A stretch of 64,000 nucleotides of DNA. Origin: Thecamonas trahens ATCC 50062 (lineage: Eukaryota > Protista > Apusomonadida). A program made the position numbers and the translations under genes. Below are positions 32,772-44,100 of the stretch, piece by piece. The notes below the pieces were generated by a model. The model was not told the DNA's origin and did no database searches. It worked only from the letters and a program-made list of their open reading frames with translations. Each line of letters begins with the position of its first letter. The first letter of the stretch is position 1. The DNA is taken from positions 224,204-288,203 of the forward strand of contig NW_013657627.1 of assembly GCF_000142905.1 (NCBI RefSeq), given 5' to 3'.

Positions 32772-34186
32772 ATGTCATCGTCTGACCGCCTCTGTCCGGT
32801 CTGCTCATCTTACGTCCCGTCGGACGTCTCGATGGAGGTTCATGTCAACTCGTGCCTCGACTCGTCATCACGCCGCCAGAGTGCGCCGCCGGCCGCCGCC
32901 ACAGTGCCAAAGACGGCTGCTCCGGTCACTGCCGCGCGCACCCGTACCACGGTTCGCGGGACCAAGCTCGCCAAGCCGGCGACGTATGGCGGCAAGAAGA
33001 AGCTGACAACGCGTGAGAAGAAGGCTCGCGAAAAGTTTGTCAAGAGCTTTGCCCGCGAGACAGGTAATCGCACCTGCTTTGACTGCTCCGCGCCGAACCC
33101 CATCTACCTCGTCTTCCCCTTTGCCGTCTTTGTCTGCACCAACTGCTCCTCGCTCCATCGCCAGCTCCAGCACCGGGTCAAGGGCGTCTCCATGTCCACC
33201 TTTTCCGACACCGAGATCGACCAGCTCCATGCCGGCGGTAACGACATGGCCCGTGCCACCTACCTTGCCAACTACACCCAGAGCCTGCCCGACTCCAAGA
33301 CCCCGCCTGCCCGTGTCAAGGCCTTTATCACAGAGGTCTTTGACCGCAAGCGCTTCTACGCTCCGCCGCCCGCAGATGACGAGCTCGAGCGCGCAGAGGC
33401 CGAGGCTCGCGCCCAGGCCGAGGCCCAGGCCCGCGCTCAAGCTGAGGCTCAGGCCCGCGCCCAGGCTCAGGCTCAGGCTCAGGCCCAGGCTCAGGCCGAT
33501 GCTCAGGCCCAGGCCCAGGCCCAGGCTCAGGCTCAGGCCCAGGCTCAGGCCCAGGCCCAGGCCCAGACTGCCGCCCCTGCCGCCGCCGCTCCGGCTGCCG
33601 CTCCTGCTCCCGCTCCCGCTCCCGCGTCATCGTCGTCGTGGATGGACGCTTTCTCCGCGCCTGCCGAGCCCGCACCCGAGCAAAAGCCGACCAAGTCGTC
33701 GACGTCAGACATCATGGCGCTCTTTGCGGCCTCGCCACCGGCTACCGCCGCAGCCCCTGCAGGCTTCGGCGGCGCGCCGTTTGGTGCCCCTGCTGCCTCT
33801 GCCGGGTTTGCCGCCTTTGGCGCGCCGGCCGCTGCACCGGCCGCTGCTCCGACCGCAGGTGGCCAGATGGCCTCACTCGCCTCGGCCTTCTCTGGCATGT
33901 CCACCGGAGCTGCGGCGCCGGCACCGCAGGCGGCTCACGGCTTTGCAGGCTTTGGCGCCGCGCCAGCTCCCGCTCCCGCCCCGGCGCCCACGCCCGCGCC
34001 GGCGCCCGCTGCCCAAGCCATGCCCGCCATCCCGCCGCTCCAGCCGCAGCAGCTCCGGCAAATGATGCTCTCTATGGCCCAGGCCAACGGCCTCGACCCC
34101 ACCCGCATGACGCAACAGCAGGTCCAGATGCTCCAGCAGATGGTTGTCCAGCAGTACCAGCTGGCGATGAGCCAGCAGATGCTCAT

Positions 34187-34224
<38 letters not shown>

Positions 34225-34514
34225 GCTTTGGCGGCGCCGCCGGCTTTGGCGCTGGTGGCTTTGGTGGTCAGCAGCAGCAGCAGCAGCAGCAGCAGCATCA
34301 GCAGCAGCAGGGCTTCGGCGGCACCGCCGGCTTTGGTGCTGCCGGCTTTGGTGGTCAGCAACAGCAGCAGGCCGCCGAGCCGCCAGTTCCCACTGGCCCG
34401 CCGCCGCCGGATCCGTTCGACGGCCTCGTCTCTTTCGACGCGCCGTCCAAGCCCGCCCCGCCACCGACGTCAGCCCCGTCGACAAACCCGTTCTTTGAGG
34501 TAAACCTTTACTGA
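32772..34514 (+). CDS. ArfGAP with FG repeats and NPF motif (AGFG/Hrb-like), N-terminal UBZ4-type zinc finger
   Basis: [15 protein letters not shown]; NRTCFDC-x16-CTNCSSLHR..[16 protein letters not shown]; AQ repeat, GFG repeats, poly-Q; DPF and NPFF near the C-terminus. Confidence 0.88.
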
Positions 34515-34528
34515 GCCGCCGCTTCGCC

Positions 34529-37500
34529 TCAGAGGAGTCCGTCGACAACAGCCTCGAGACCAGCGTTGGCTGCCAGCGCTGTCTGCAGCGCCTCGCGTGC
34601 CTGCTGGCCCTGCCCGTCGCCGAGCAGCACCGCACCTTTGAACAGAGCCACCAGCGGCGACTTCTTCTCGCGCTTGACCGCCTCCTTCAGCGGCCCGCGG
34701 GCCGCATCTAGGTCGCCGGCCTGCAGATGGACCAGGACCGCGCGGAGGAGCGGGACAACTCGCCCGGCGCCAGCCTGCGCAAACCGCATGGCCTGTCGGA
34801 ACGCCTTTTCCGCCGCGGCAGGCGCGCCCATCACCCCGTACACTGTGCCCAGCGCCTCCCATGCTCGCATGTGTTGCGGATCGACACGCAGCGCAGCAAG
34901 CAGCGACTCGCGTGCCGCCGCGACATCGCCCAGCATCAGCCGGGCCCGGCCGAGCAGCACCATCGCTGGCGCAGCCTGAGGGCTCTCCTGCCCATACACA
35001 CCCAGTGCCACCGACGCCGCGTTCACGCCCTCTTGCAGCAGGCCCGGAATGCACGAGTCGGTCGCAACGTACTCGGTGAGGAGGTGCGACGCCAGCGCCA
35101 TCGAGGTCAGCGCCAGCGGCTGCTGCGAGCCGCGACTCTGGCTTGCCAGCTGACACGCGCGGTCGAGCGTTGCACGCACCCGCCCGGGCGCTAGCGGCTC
35201 GCCACAGCCAGCGACCGCGCGTGCACGCAGCGCTGTCGCTAGCACCAGCCATGCGTGCCACGACTCGGGATCGAGCCGCACCATCCGCGTCGCTAGCGAG
35301 TACGCTTCGTTAAGCGCGGCACGGAGCGCGGTGACATCGCCGTAGCGCACGCCAGCTGTGGGCGAGAGCCCGCGGTGCAGCCGCGCCGTCGCCGCAAGCG
35401 ACAGCTGCTCGAGTGCCTGGCTCCGGCTCGCCGGCAACTTGGCTGCCGTCGCCGTCGCCACCGCCACCACCCGCACCGCCCGCCCGGCCTGCCCAAGCTC
35501 GGTATGCATCCACAGCTTGGCGAGCGCGTTCCAGCTCCCGGCATTGCTCGGGTCTACGTGGAGAGCGTACTGCACAAACCGCGACGCGGCCCGGGCGTCG
35601 CCGGCCGCCGCCGCAATGTTCGCCATCAGAACATAGCCAGCAGGCTCGAGGCTTTGGCCGGTCCCACGCAGTCGCGCCGCCATGGCCTGCGCCTTTTCGT
35701 ACGCCCCGGTGCACGCCAGGATCTCTGCGAGCGTCGCCGCTGCCAGCACGTGTTGGGGAGAGCTACTGAGGACGAGCTCGAGGTACTGCGTTGCCACTGG
35801 CACGTTGTCGAGCGCAAAGGCAACCTTTGCAAGTTCCACGGCAACGTCCGCTTGCTCCTCGGGCCGCCCGCCAGCATACGCCGCCTGATACGCCGCAATC
35901 GCCTCTTGGTGCCGTCCGGCGTGGTAGAGAGCGAGGCCGCGGAGCCGCAGCGGCCAGACCGACACCGACGTGTAGCCCGGAACAGCCGTCCCGGCGTCGA
36001 GTGCGTCAAGCAGCGCCAACGCCTCCATCGGCGCGCCGGCCGCCACTGCTGCCCGCGCTGCGTTGAGGACGAGGCCACCGCCAACTTCGGGAGCAACATT
36101 GCGTGCCTGGGCCACGGCCGCCATGTAGTGCGGGAGCGCGAGGCCCGGCTCGTTGCGCAACTCGCGCTGCCGGCCCACCAGCGCGTGGCTCGCCGCGCAG
36201 TTGGGTGCGACCTTGAGGTACTGGCTTCCTGCAGCGAGAACCGATGCTGCGTAGGCCGGGTACGGCTCGAGAGTGTGCGCGTAAAAGCCCGCCTCGCGCG
36301 GGCGGACGCCGGCCAGTGCTGCCGCCTGCAGCGCCTTGTGGACTTCGGTAACCGAGGAGCACTCGATGCCGGCGGCGGCACGAAGCGTCCACGGAAGCGA
36401 CGACTCGGGATCAGCGACCTGAACCGCCGCGAGCTGACGGACGACACCTTGGGCGTCGACCATGCCGGCGGCGTAGTTGAGGGCACCAACAACCGCCAAG
36501 TTGGACGCCACACTCACGTCCGGCACCCGACCAGCCTTGGCTGTCGCCTCTGCGAGTGCTGACTGCGCTGCGAGCGTGTCGGTCGCAGCGAGCAGGACGC
36601 CGCGAGCCGCAGGAACTGTATACGCACTCGGCTCAAGCACAGCTGCGGCGGCCAACGGCTCCTCCACACCGCTCGCCACGGCGAGGTCATGCCAGAGCAT
36701 CCCGGTGCCTGGCGCGGCGCGTAGCGCAGTGGCATACGCACGCGAGGCGCGGCGCAGCTGGGCTGCAGCTGTGGTCGCGTCAGAGGTCTTGACAATGCGC
36801 GCAAGACCCAGCGCCGCATCTCCAAGTAGCTTGCGCGGGAGGACCAAGGTGGGAACGAGGACAGCGGCGGTGCGGGCAAGGTCAGCAGCCTTGGTCAGGG
36901 CGGCCGACGCTGCCGCAAACTGTGGCGCAAACGGCGAGGCCGTGTACCGGCGGGCGGCAGTGATGAGGAACGAGGCGTAGCCGAGGAGGCCCGGCGCAAA
37001 GTCGGGTGCGTCGCGGAGGAGCGAGGCAAAGACAGTCTCGGCCTGCGCGCGCATGTCGAGGATGGCACAAAGTGAGGCTTCGATGAACCGGGCAAGGTCG
37101 GATCCGAGGCCCGGGCTCTCGCGGAGGTGGCTCACCACCTTGAGTGCGGCCGCGTACTTGCCGGATCGCCAGTAGGCAAAGGCGAGGGTCTCCCAGAGCT
37201 GTGCGTCGTCAGGGTCGATTCGCAGCGCGCGCTGGAGATGCGGCATAGCAGCAAGGAGGAGGCCCTCTTCCTCGGCGGGGGTGTAGCCGGTAGCTGCCGG
37301 TGGGTGCGTGAGCTGTGCCAAAAGGTCGAGGCCGACGAGTCGGTGCGCCCACTTGGGGTCATGCCGCTGGGCGAGGGTGTGGTGGGCGAGGTCGATGACG
37401 GCGCGCATGTCGTCGGCGGCGAGGAGGATGGCAGCAAGCGCCGACGCGGCATCGGCGTGGTCTGGCTCGAGCGCGAGCGCCTTCTTGAAGCATCGCATGG

Positions 37501-39433
37501 CCTTGTCGGGGTTGGACGGCGCGTAGAACCGCCCAAGGTGGTGAAAAGCGTCGGCTGAGCTGGCGTCCAGTCGTGCTGCCTTGAGCAGCGCAGTCTGTGC
37601 GTACGGCGCCTCGGTGGCAAAATCACCGCCGCGCTCGAGGTACACGATGCCTAGCCGCAGCTGCGCCGATGCGCGGCCGGGCTCAGCAGCCACGCTCGCG
37701 GCGAGCGCGTCAGAGGCTGCCGGGAGCTCACCGAGCTGGTAGTGGGACCAGCCGAGCGCCTCGAGCTCAGCCGGGCTCGGCTCGGCAATCTGTGCCAGCA
37801 GTGGGGCGGCGTCGGCAAAGTGGCCGAGAGTGTAGTGGGCCGAGGCAAGGAGTGCGAGCGCCTCGGGATGGGGCCCAGCCGCGAGCGCCGCCGTAAGCGG
37901 AGCAATGGCTGCCGCCGGCCGTGGACGAGGCCCATTGATCAGCTCGCGCGCCTGCGAGAGCTGCAGCGTGGCAAGCAGTTGCGCGGCCGGCGACCCATAC
38001 GCGGCAGCAAGACGCTCGGCAGCCGTTGCCGCAGACTTGTACAGCGACGCTGCGAGGCTAGCCGACGAGACCGGCAGCCGTGACGCCACCGCAATGTACG
38101 CGTGCGGAATGCCGAGGTTGGTCAGCGCCCGGGCGAGTGGCTTGGGCAGCTCGGCAGTGTCAGCAAGCGCAGTGCAATCGTCAAGAGACGACGCAACACG
38201 GGCAGCATCGGACGCGTCGGCAGCGAGAGCAGTGGCGATACAATCGAGCGCGGCGGTGAGATCGGTGGCGTCGACAGCCTGACCGGCCGGCGGGCGAGTC
38301 GCCCACTCGTTGACGAGCGCAAGAACGTCAGCGGCGGTGAGGGACGACGCATCGATGGCACCGAGCTGGGCGGTGAGCCGCGGGACAACCCGGCGAGCAG
38401 CGGCAGCGAGCCGCGGGAGTGGGAGCGCATCGGGTGCGGCAAGCTCAATGGCAGTGACGGCGAGCGCCTGGACAAGCTCCCACTCGGACGGGGCCAGGAG
38501 GGCGGCCGGTAACACGAGAGCGTGGTTGGCAGCGAGGAAAGCAACCAGGTTCTCGAGAACGCATGGAAGCTGTGTGGGGAGGACGGTGGCAAGAGCGGCA
38601 ACCTTCTTGCGGGCCTTGGCGGCGGCGGCGCGGCGCTTGGAGGCCATGCCGACGACCATCATCGACTTCTTCTTGGTGCCTGACGACGAGGCCGCAACAG
38701 CGGCCTCAAGCATGTCGTCGAGGCCTCCCAGGGCGTGCAGAGCCGAGACTAGCGCAAATAGCGGAGGTGCAAAGGCTGGAAGGGTACCTCCGTCGACCAT
38801 CGCAGCCTTGTCGGCGTCATCAACGTCAGCCCAGGTAGCGAGTGCGGCCTCCCACTGCCGCCGCAGTGCAAGCGAGACAGCAGCCCATGCCGGGTACTTT
38901 GCTGGCGGAGAGTCTGGCAGCAGCGGCAGCAGAGCATCGATGACCGGATGGAGGCCATCAAAGTTAGAGGTGAGCGTATAGAGCTCAAAGAGGCCCTGCC
39001 AAGCCTGAGGCAGATCCATTTGAGCGCGTGTAGCCCTTGTATAGTACTCGACAGCCGCCGCCATCCGGGGCGATGACGAGCCAGTGGTCGAGGGCGAGGG
39101 CGAGTCGGTGGTCGAGGACGAGCCGGTGGGGGCGTCTGTCGTCGAGTCGGCGTTCGGCATGAGGACGGTATCTGCCGTGGCAAACATATTTTTGTCATTG
39201 CTGGTGGCGGCGGCGGAGGCGGCAGAGGCGGTGGCGGCGGTGGTCGTCGTCGTCGTCGTTGTCAGCTCGCCGTCTTCCTCGGCAAGTCGCACAGTGGCCA
39301 TGCCCGCAAAGACCAGAGCATGGTAGTTGGTCGGTTCGTGGGAAAGCACCTCTTCAGCTGCAGAGAGCGCACTTGGGTAGTCCTGCTGCGCAAGGGCCTT
39401 CTTGGCTGCCTTGAGCTGCTTCTTTGTCGACAT
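34529..39433 (-). CDS. SKI3: Superkiller complex TPR subunit Ski3/TTC37
   Basis: Characteristic start MSTKKQLKAAKKALAQQDY..A...EEVL..EPTNYHALVFAG, QAWQGL, LLKAARLD...ADAFHHLGRFY, LQRALRIDPDD..LWETL..AY..SGKY.AALK. About 1630 aa of TPRs. Confidence 0.85.
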   Translation of the reverse strand: MSTKKQLKAAKKALAQQDYPSALSAAEEVLSHEPTNYHALVFAGMATVRLAEEDGELTTTTTTTTAATASAASAAATSNDKNMFATADTVLMPNADSTTDAPTGSSSTTDSPSPSTTGSSSPRMAAAVEYYTRATRAQMDLPQAWQGLFELYTLTSNFDGLHPVIDALLPLLPDSPPAKYPAWAAVSLALRRQWEAALATWADVDDADKAAMVDGGTLPAFAPPLFALVSALHALGGLDDMLEAAVAASSSGTKKKSMMVVGMASKRRAAAAKARKKVAALATVLPTQLPCVLENLVAFLAANHALVLPAALLAPSEWELVQALAVTAIELAAPDALPLPRLAAAARRVVPRLTAQLGAIDASSLTAADVLALVNEWATRPPAGQAVDATDLTAALDCIATALAADASDAARVASSLDDCTALADTAELPKPLARALTNLGIPHAYIAVASRLPVSSASLAASLYKSAATAAERLAAAYGSPAAQLLATLQLSQARELINGPRPRPAAAIAPLTAALAAGPHPEALALLASAHYTLGHFADAAPLLAQIAEPSPAELEALGWSHYQLGELPAASDALAASVAAEPGRASAQLRLGIVYLERGGDFATEAPYAQTALLKAARLDASSADAFHHLGRFYAPSNPDKAMRCFKKALALEPDHADAASALAAILLAADDMRAVIDLAHHTLAQRHDPKWAHRLVGLDLLAQLTHPPAATGYTPAEEEGLLLAAMPHLQRALRIDPDDAQLWETLAFAYWRSGKYAAALKVVSHLRESPGLGSDLARFIEASLCAILDMRAQAETVFASLLRDAPDFAPGLLGYASFLITAARRYTASPFAPQFAAASAALTKAADLARTAAVLVPTLVLPRKLLGDAALGLARIVKTSDATTAAAQLRRASRAYATALRAAPGTGMLWHDLAVASGVEEPLAAAAVLEPSAYTVPAARGVLLAATDTLAAQSALAEATAKAGRVPDVSVASNLAVVGALNYAAGMVDAQGVVRQLAAVQVADPESSLPWTLRAAAGIECSSVTEVHKALQAAALAGVRPREAGFYAHTLEPYPAYAASVLAAGSQYLKVAPNCAASHALVGRQRELRNEPGLALPHYMAAVAQARNVAPEVGGGLVLNAARAAVAAGAPMEALALLDALDAGTAVPGYTSVSVWPLRLRGLALYHAGRHQEAIAAYQAAYAGGRPEEQADVAVELAKVAFALDNVPVATQYLELVLSSSPQHVLAAATLAEILACTGAYEKAQAMAARLRGTGQSLEPAGYVLMANIAAAAGDARAASRFVQYALHVDPSNAGSWNALAKLWMHTELGQAGRAVRVVAVATATAAKLPASRSQALEQLSLAATARLHRGLSPTAGVRYGDVTALRAALNEAYSLATRMVRLDPESWHAWLVLATALRARAVAGCGEPLAPGRVRATLDRACQLASQSRGSQQPLALTSMALASHLLTEYVATDSCIPGLLQEGVNAASVALGVYGQESPQAAPAMVLLGRARLMLGDVAAARESLLAALRVDPQHMRAWEALGTVYGVMGAPAAAEKAFRQAMRFAQAGAGRVVPLLRAVLVHLQAGDLDAARGPLKEAVKREKKSPLVALFKGAVLLGDGQGQQAREALQTALAANAGLEAVVDGLL

Positions 39434-39769
39434 ACCCCGCGCGGTGGAGGAAGGTGGGGGTGGGGGGGTGGGGTGGGGTGGGGTGGAGAGGTGGTGGACG
39501 TGATCGTGATCATGATCGTGATCGTCGTCGTGATCACACGCCACCGTCGGCAGGTCGTTGGCGGGCAGGCTCGGGATGGACATCGACGGAGAATCGTCAG
39601 GTTTGGCACACCGAAGAAGGCTTTACTCTCTACTACATCGGAACCGATGAGATCAAGAACATCGTGCCCGAGTGCTACATCGCCGTCATTACCCCCCTCC
39701 CCCCCTTCCCCCCCACCCGCGAACGGTGCATCCGCTTACGGCGTACAGCACCTCACTCGACGACCAACC

Positions 39770-40285
39770 ATGGACTGGAGCACGGCGGAAGAGCGAATGG
39801 CAGCCGCACGTGCTGGTGGTGGCGGGGCAGAGGAGCAGCTGTTTGCGGTGGGGCTGGGCATGTTGGCGGTGGCTGGCGGAACGAAGAGGTCGAGTGGCCG
39901 AAAAAGGTCGCGAAGTGACGACTCTGTTGCAGACCGGGACGGGGACAGGGATGGGGGTGGGGGTGGGGATGGGGATGGCGGTAACCCACATGTGGATGAG
40001 TATCCATGGGAGTGTTTTGATCCACGTCGTGTGGAAGAGATCGATGACTCGGTGTTAGGGAAGGGGCTGGCGCTGGCCGTCCCCTCGCCGGAGGTGGCTG
40101 CATCGGGCCTTGCGCTCGAGTCGGTCTCGGTCATCATCAACAAGAATGGCAGTGGCCTTGGTCACGTCGTCCCCAATCCCATGGCAACCGCTCAGCCGCT
40201 GGTCATCGAACGTGAATGGTCCAGAAACGACTTGTTTCCGCCCATCGATGTTGTGTTTGATGCCCATGCCGCTGCCACGCCTTAG
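39770..40285 (+). CDS. Hypothetical protein
   Basis: ATG-initiated 171-aa frame with NLS-like KRSSGRKRSR and a non-low-complexity C-terminal half. No recognised family. Confidence 0.35.
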   Translation: MDWSTAEERMAAARAGGGGAEEQLFAVGLGMLAVAGGTKRSSGRKRSRSDDSVADRDGDRDGGGGGDGDGGNPHVDEYPWECFDPRRVEEIDDSVLGKGLALAVPSPEVAASGLALESVSVIINKNGSGLGHVVPNPMATAQPLVIEREWSRNDLFPPIDVVFDAHAAATP

Positions 40286-41155
40286 CCCACCCACAACCTC
40301 AGCCCACATCGCCTGCCGCGAGACCTTGTTGCGGCACAACTATGACCCTCATGCATCTGACGCTGACTCGGACAGGGAAGGGGGGGGGGGGGGGGGGTTA
40401 GCTGACCGAGCCGCTGCCTCATCACCGCAGCTAGGCCCGACGTGTAGACGCTCTCTGCAGCGTGACCTGACCGAGAATGGCCAACTGATGGCCTGCGCCA
40501 TGTGACCGACACCGCCCAACATCAAACACAACCGAGTCCAGCTCCAGCTCGGGCACTCTTCCGCATCACAAAGGGGAGCAAGCTTGCAATCACCCCCATA
40601 GCTCGTACATCATCGCCATGGTTCTGGCAACGATTGTTTGCTCAGGGATGGATAACGATGACAAGCATTGCCAACCAATTTGAGCTGCCGTGCTCGAACA
40701 GTCAGCCACATCGGTGGGCGGCAGCCAAGCACAAGCCACCCTCCCCACCCCCTTCGACCCCACACCACATCACTCCTCTCCTCTCCCCCCCCATCCCTTC
40801 CCTCCAGAAGAACACATTGTTACTTTCTGTTTGGGTTGTGGTGGTTACTAGCTCTGTGACGGTCTCTACGTGAGAGCTACGAGTTGGTGGGAAGCGTCTT
40901 TGTTGCGCGAACGCGTTGCGAACAAGCGAACGCAACGAGCGAAGAAGCAACAATTGAAGGGAACGAAGGGAGCGAACGAACAAACGAACGAACGAACGAT
41001 TGAGCTGACGGCAGACCATCCCGACGCAACGCATACGTACACGTGGCCAACGCTGACCGAGTGTTACTGGCGCATCACGAGTACCGATGGTCATGATGGT
41101 GTCTGAAAGCGAAGACTGTGTGACCTCTCGTATGGCTCTCGGAAAAGATGTGAAG

Positions 41156-44100
41156 ATGCGCAAAGTGGTGCTGGCGGTGGTCATGCTCGCCTTGATCTGT
41201 GGTGAGTGGTTGCTGGTGGCTGGTGATGGAACCGACATTCTGGGCGTCCAGCAGGCGCTCCGCTCCGAGACAATCATGTTCATCGATGTGGCTGATTTTA
41301 ACTCTGAAGAGATCCGGTGGTTTGGTCGCGACTCGCTGTCGATCTTCCGACCGTCCGACTCGCAGCTCGTGGCGACACTCACGTCGGGCGCTACTCCGGC
41401 GTCGTACACACCGACAGAGAACGGGGCGTATCGGCTACAGCTTAACGCAGATCAAGTCGCGGGCGATGTGTGGGACGTGACCATCCACAACACGCTTCTG
41501 GTCATGGATGTTGGCGGGCGTCTCTGGTCGCGTCAGTGGTTCTTTGCGGCAGCGTCGTTTGCTGAGACCGACGCGACCGACGTCTCGATGTGGGCGGTCT
41601 TCCTCACCTCGCTTGGCAACAAGCTAGTGGAGACTCGGTTTGAGGGCCTCGCCGGGTTTGTGTACGAGCTTGGGGCGACGTCGAACGGCATTGCCACAAA
41701 CACGCCGGCGTACAAGTCGTCGCCGCAGGCTGGGCATGCGATCACGCCCGAGATCCCACTCTACCTCAGGCCGCCGAACCACATCCCGCTGGCAGACACG
41801 CAACCGACGATCGAGTTTGATGACGTGCTGTACGTGACGGTCGGGTGCGGCGCGTTCACGACCGAGTGCACGACGCTTGTCAGCGGGCAAGTCAACCCGC
41901 GGTTCCGTTTCTTCACCGACGCAGCGGGTGGCGCGTATCGGATTGTGTGCGATACCAACAGCGACGGTGTATTCAACATTGTCGACGGCTCGGACACGGT
42001 GCTGAGTGGCACGACGGTGGCTGGGGCTAACGAGGTGACGTGGGACGGGACCGACTCGTCGGGAGCATCCGTGTCGAACGGGTACTACTTGTGTGAGGTG
42101 TGGGTCTTTCTCGCGGAAATCCACTTTCCTATGGTTGACGTGGAGACCATTTACCCGGGCATGCGTATGTTCTCGTACTTTGAAGGAGTTCCGAGGCCAC
42201 AAATCATGTACTGGAACGACGATGATGTGATCAACCCACCGGCGACGCCTGTCAACATGCCGAACGGCCAGCCCGGAGACACCGATTCGGGATGTTGCGG
42301 GTTCAACTCGACGTACGACGCGACGGCGGTGGCCAATGTCAATGCTAGGGCATGGGGCAATTTTGCGTCTGGGAGCAAGGGCGACCAGGCGATCATCAAC
42401 ACGTTTTCGTTTGTGGAGCGATCGATATCTGTTCCACTCAACGTCTCTGTAGGTGTGTCGGACTCGTGCCCGCCTGCAGCAGTGTATGTGCTCAACGAGG
42501 AGGTGATGGAGGGCGATACCGGGACGGTGTCGGTGATGGTCTCGCTTGTGCTCACGTCTGTGGTGTCAGCACCGGTCGACATCGACTATGCCACGGTTGA
42601 TGGCTCTGCGTCGGCGGGCAGCGACTACGTGGCAGCAGCCGGGACGGTGACGCTCGTGCCAAACACATACTGCTACTCGATCAGTGTGGACGTGAATACG
42701 GACAACGTGCTCGAGGTCGACGAGCAATTTTTCATTGACATTTCCTACAATGGTGGTGGGCCGTCGCCGGTCGAGTTCCGTCAGTCACGGGCGGTTGTCA
42801 CCATTCGCAACGACGACTCGAACTGCGGGGCCACGGCGCCTGTGCCCGTCGAGTGGCCAGGCCTCCTGCTCGAGGTCTACGACGACGTGACCGGAACCGA
42901 GGTCTCGGATCTTACATCGTCGAACGCTTATCTGACGCACTCGCCCGGGTGTGTGGATCCCGAGCTCAACACGCTCGAGGCCAACCCTGCGTCGGGCGCC
43001 TGCGCAGCGACACTCGTCTCGTCGCTGAACTACGGGGTGGAGGCATCGGGCTGGCTGCGGGTGGGGCAGACCGACACGTACACGTTTGTAGTGGCGGGTG
43101 ACAACTCTGTCGAGCTGTGGCTCGGGCCGGACGAGGCGTCGCTGGCGCGGGTTGCATTCAACATCCTGCCCAACGCCGACGAGAACTCGTACAATGACGC
43201 ACCGCCGCAGACAAGCAGCCCGATGGCGCTTGCCGCCAACGAGCTGCTCTTTATCCGGGTGCTATTTAAGGAGGGCGATGAAGAGAACCCTTCGGATGAC
43301 TTTTTCTCTGTGGCTTGGTACGGGACAACCGTCTCGACCAATGTGGCAGTTGTTGGCAACGGCGGCTTCTACTCGGAGATGCTCTTCCACAACAACACGA
43401 TCGACGTTGAGTTTGAGAGCGACGACACGTGCTGTACGTCGAGGATTGTGGAGACCGAGGTCCGCGCAGTGCGAACGGAGGCTGACCCTTGCTCTGGCCA
43501 GCTCTTTGGCAACGTGACGAACATGATTGACCTCTCACCGCGAGCCGTGAGCGTGAACGTGGACTTTGAACCCGACGAAGTGCACGAGCTCGAGTATGTG
43601 CGCGACGACCTGTTTGCCGACATTGGAGCTGTAGATGTGACTGGACAGGTGTTTGCTGGGCGTGTGCGGCACCCGCTGACGACCAAGTCGCGGATTGCAT
43701 CCGGCAACGACAACGCATTTGAGCGTGCGGGAGACGGAAGGGTGTGGAACTCGTGGGGGACGCTCCCGATCGGGACGTGGACGCTGGCGACCACGTTCGA
43801 CAGCATCGGCGTCCCGCAAGGCGCAACAATCACGCGGGCGTACATCGAGGTGGAGGGTGACAACGGGGGCGGACAAGACACGGGTACCGGGGTGGATGTT
43901 CCAATCTGGGGCCATGCCGTCGACAGTGGCAGCTCGATTCCGGAGACTGACTTTTACATTACGAGTCTCCCGCAAACGAGTGCGACCGTGACGTGGACCG
44001 AAGTGCCAGAGTTTGTGACGAACGCGCGGTATCAGAGTGTGGACATTGCGCCGATTGTGCAAGAGCTTGTCTCGCGGAGCGGATGGCGCGGCGGTAACTC

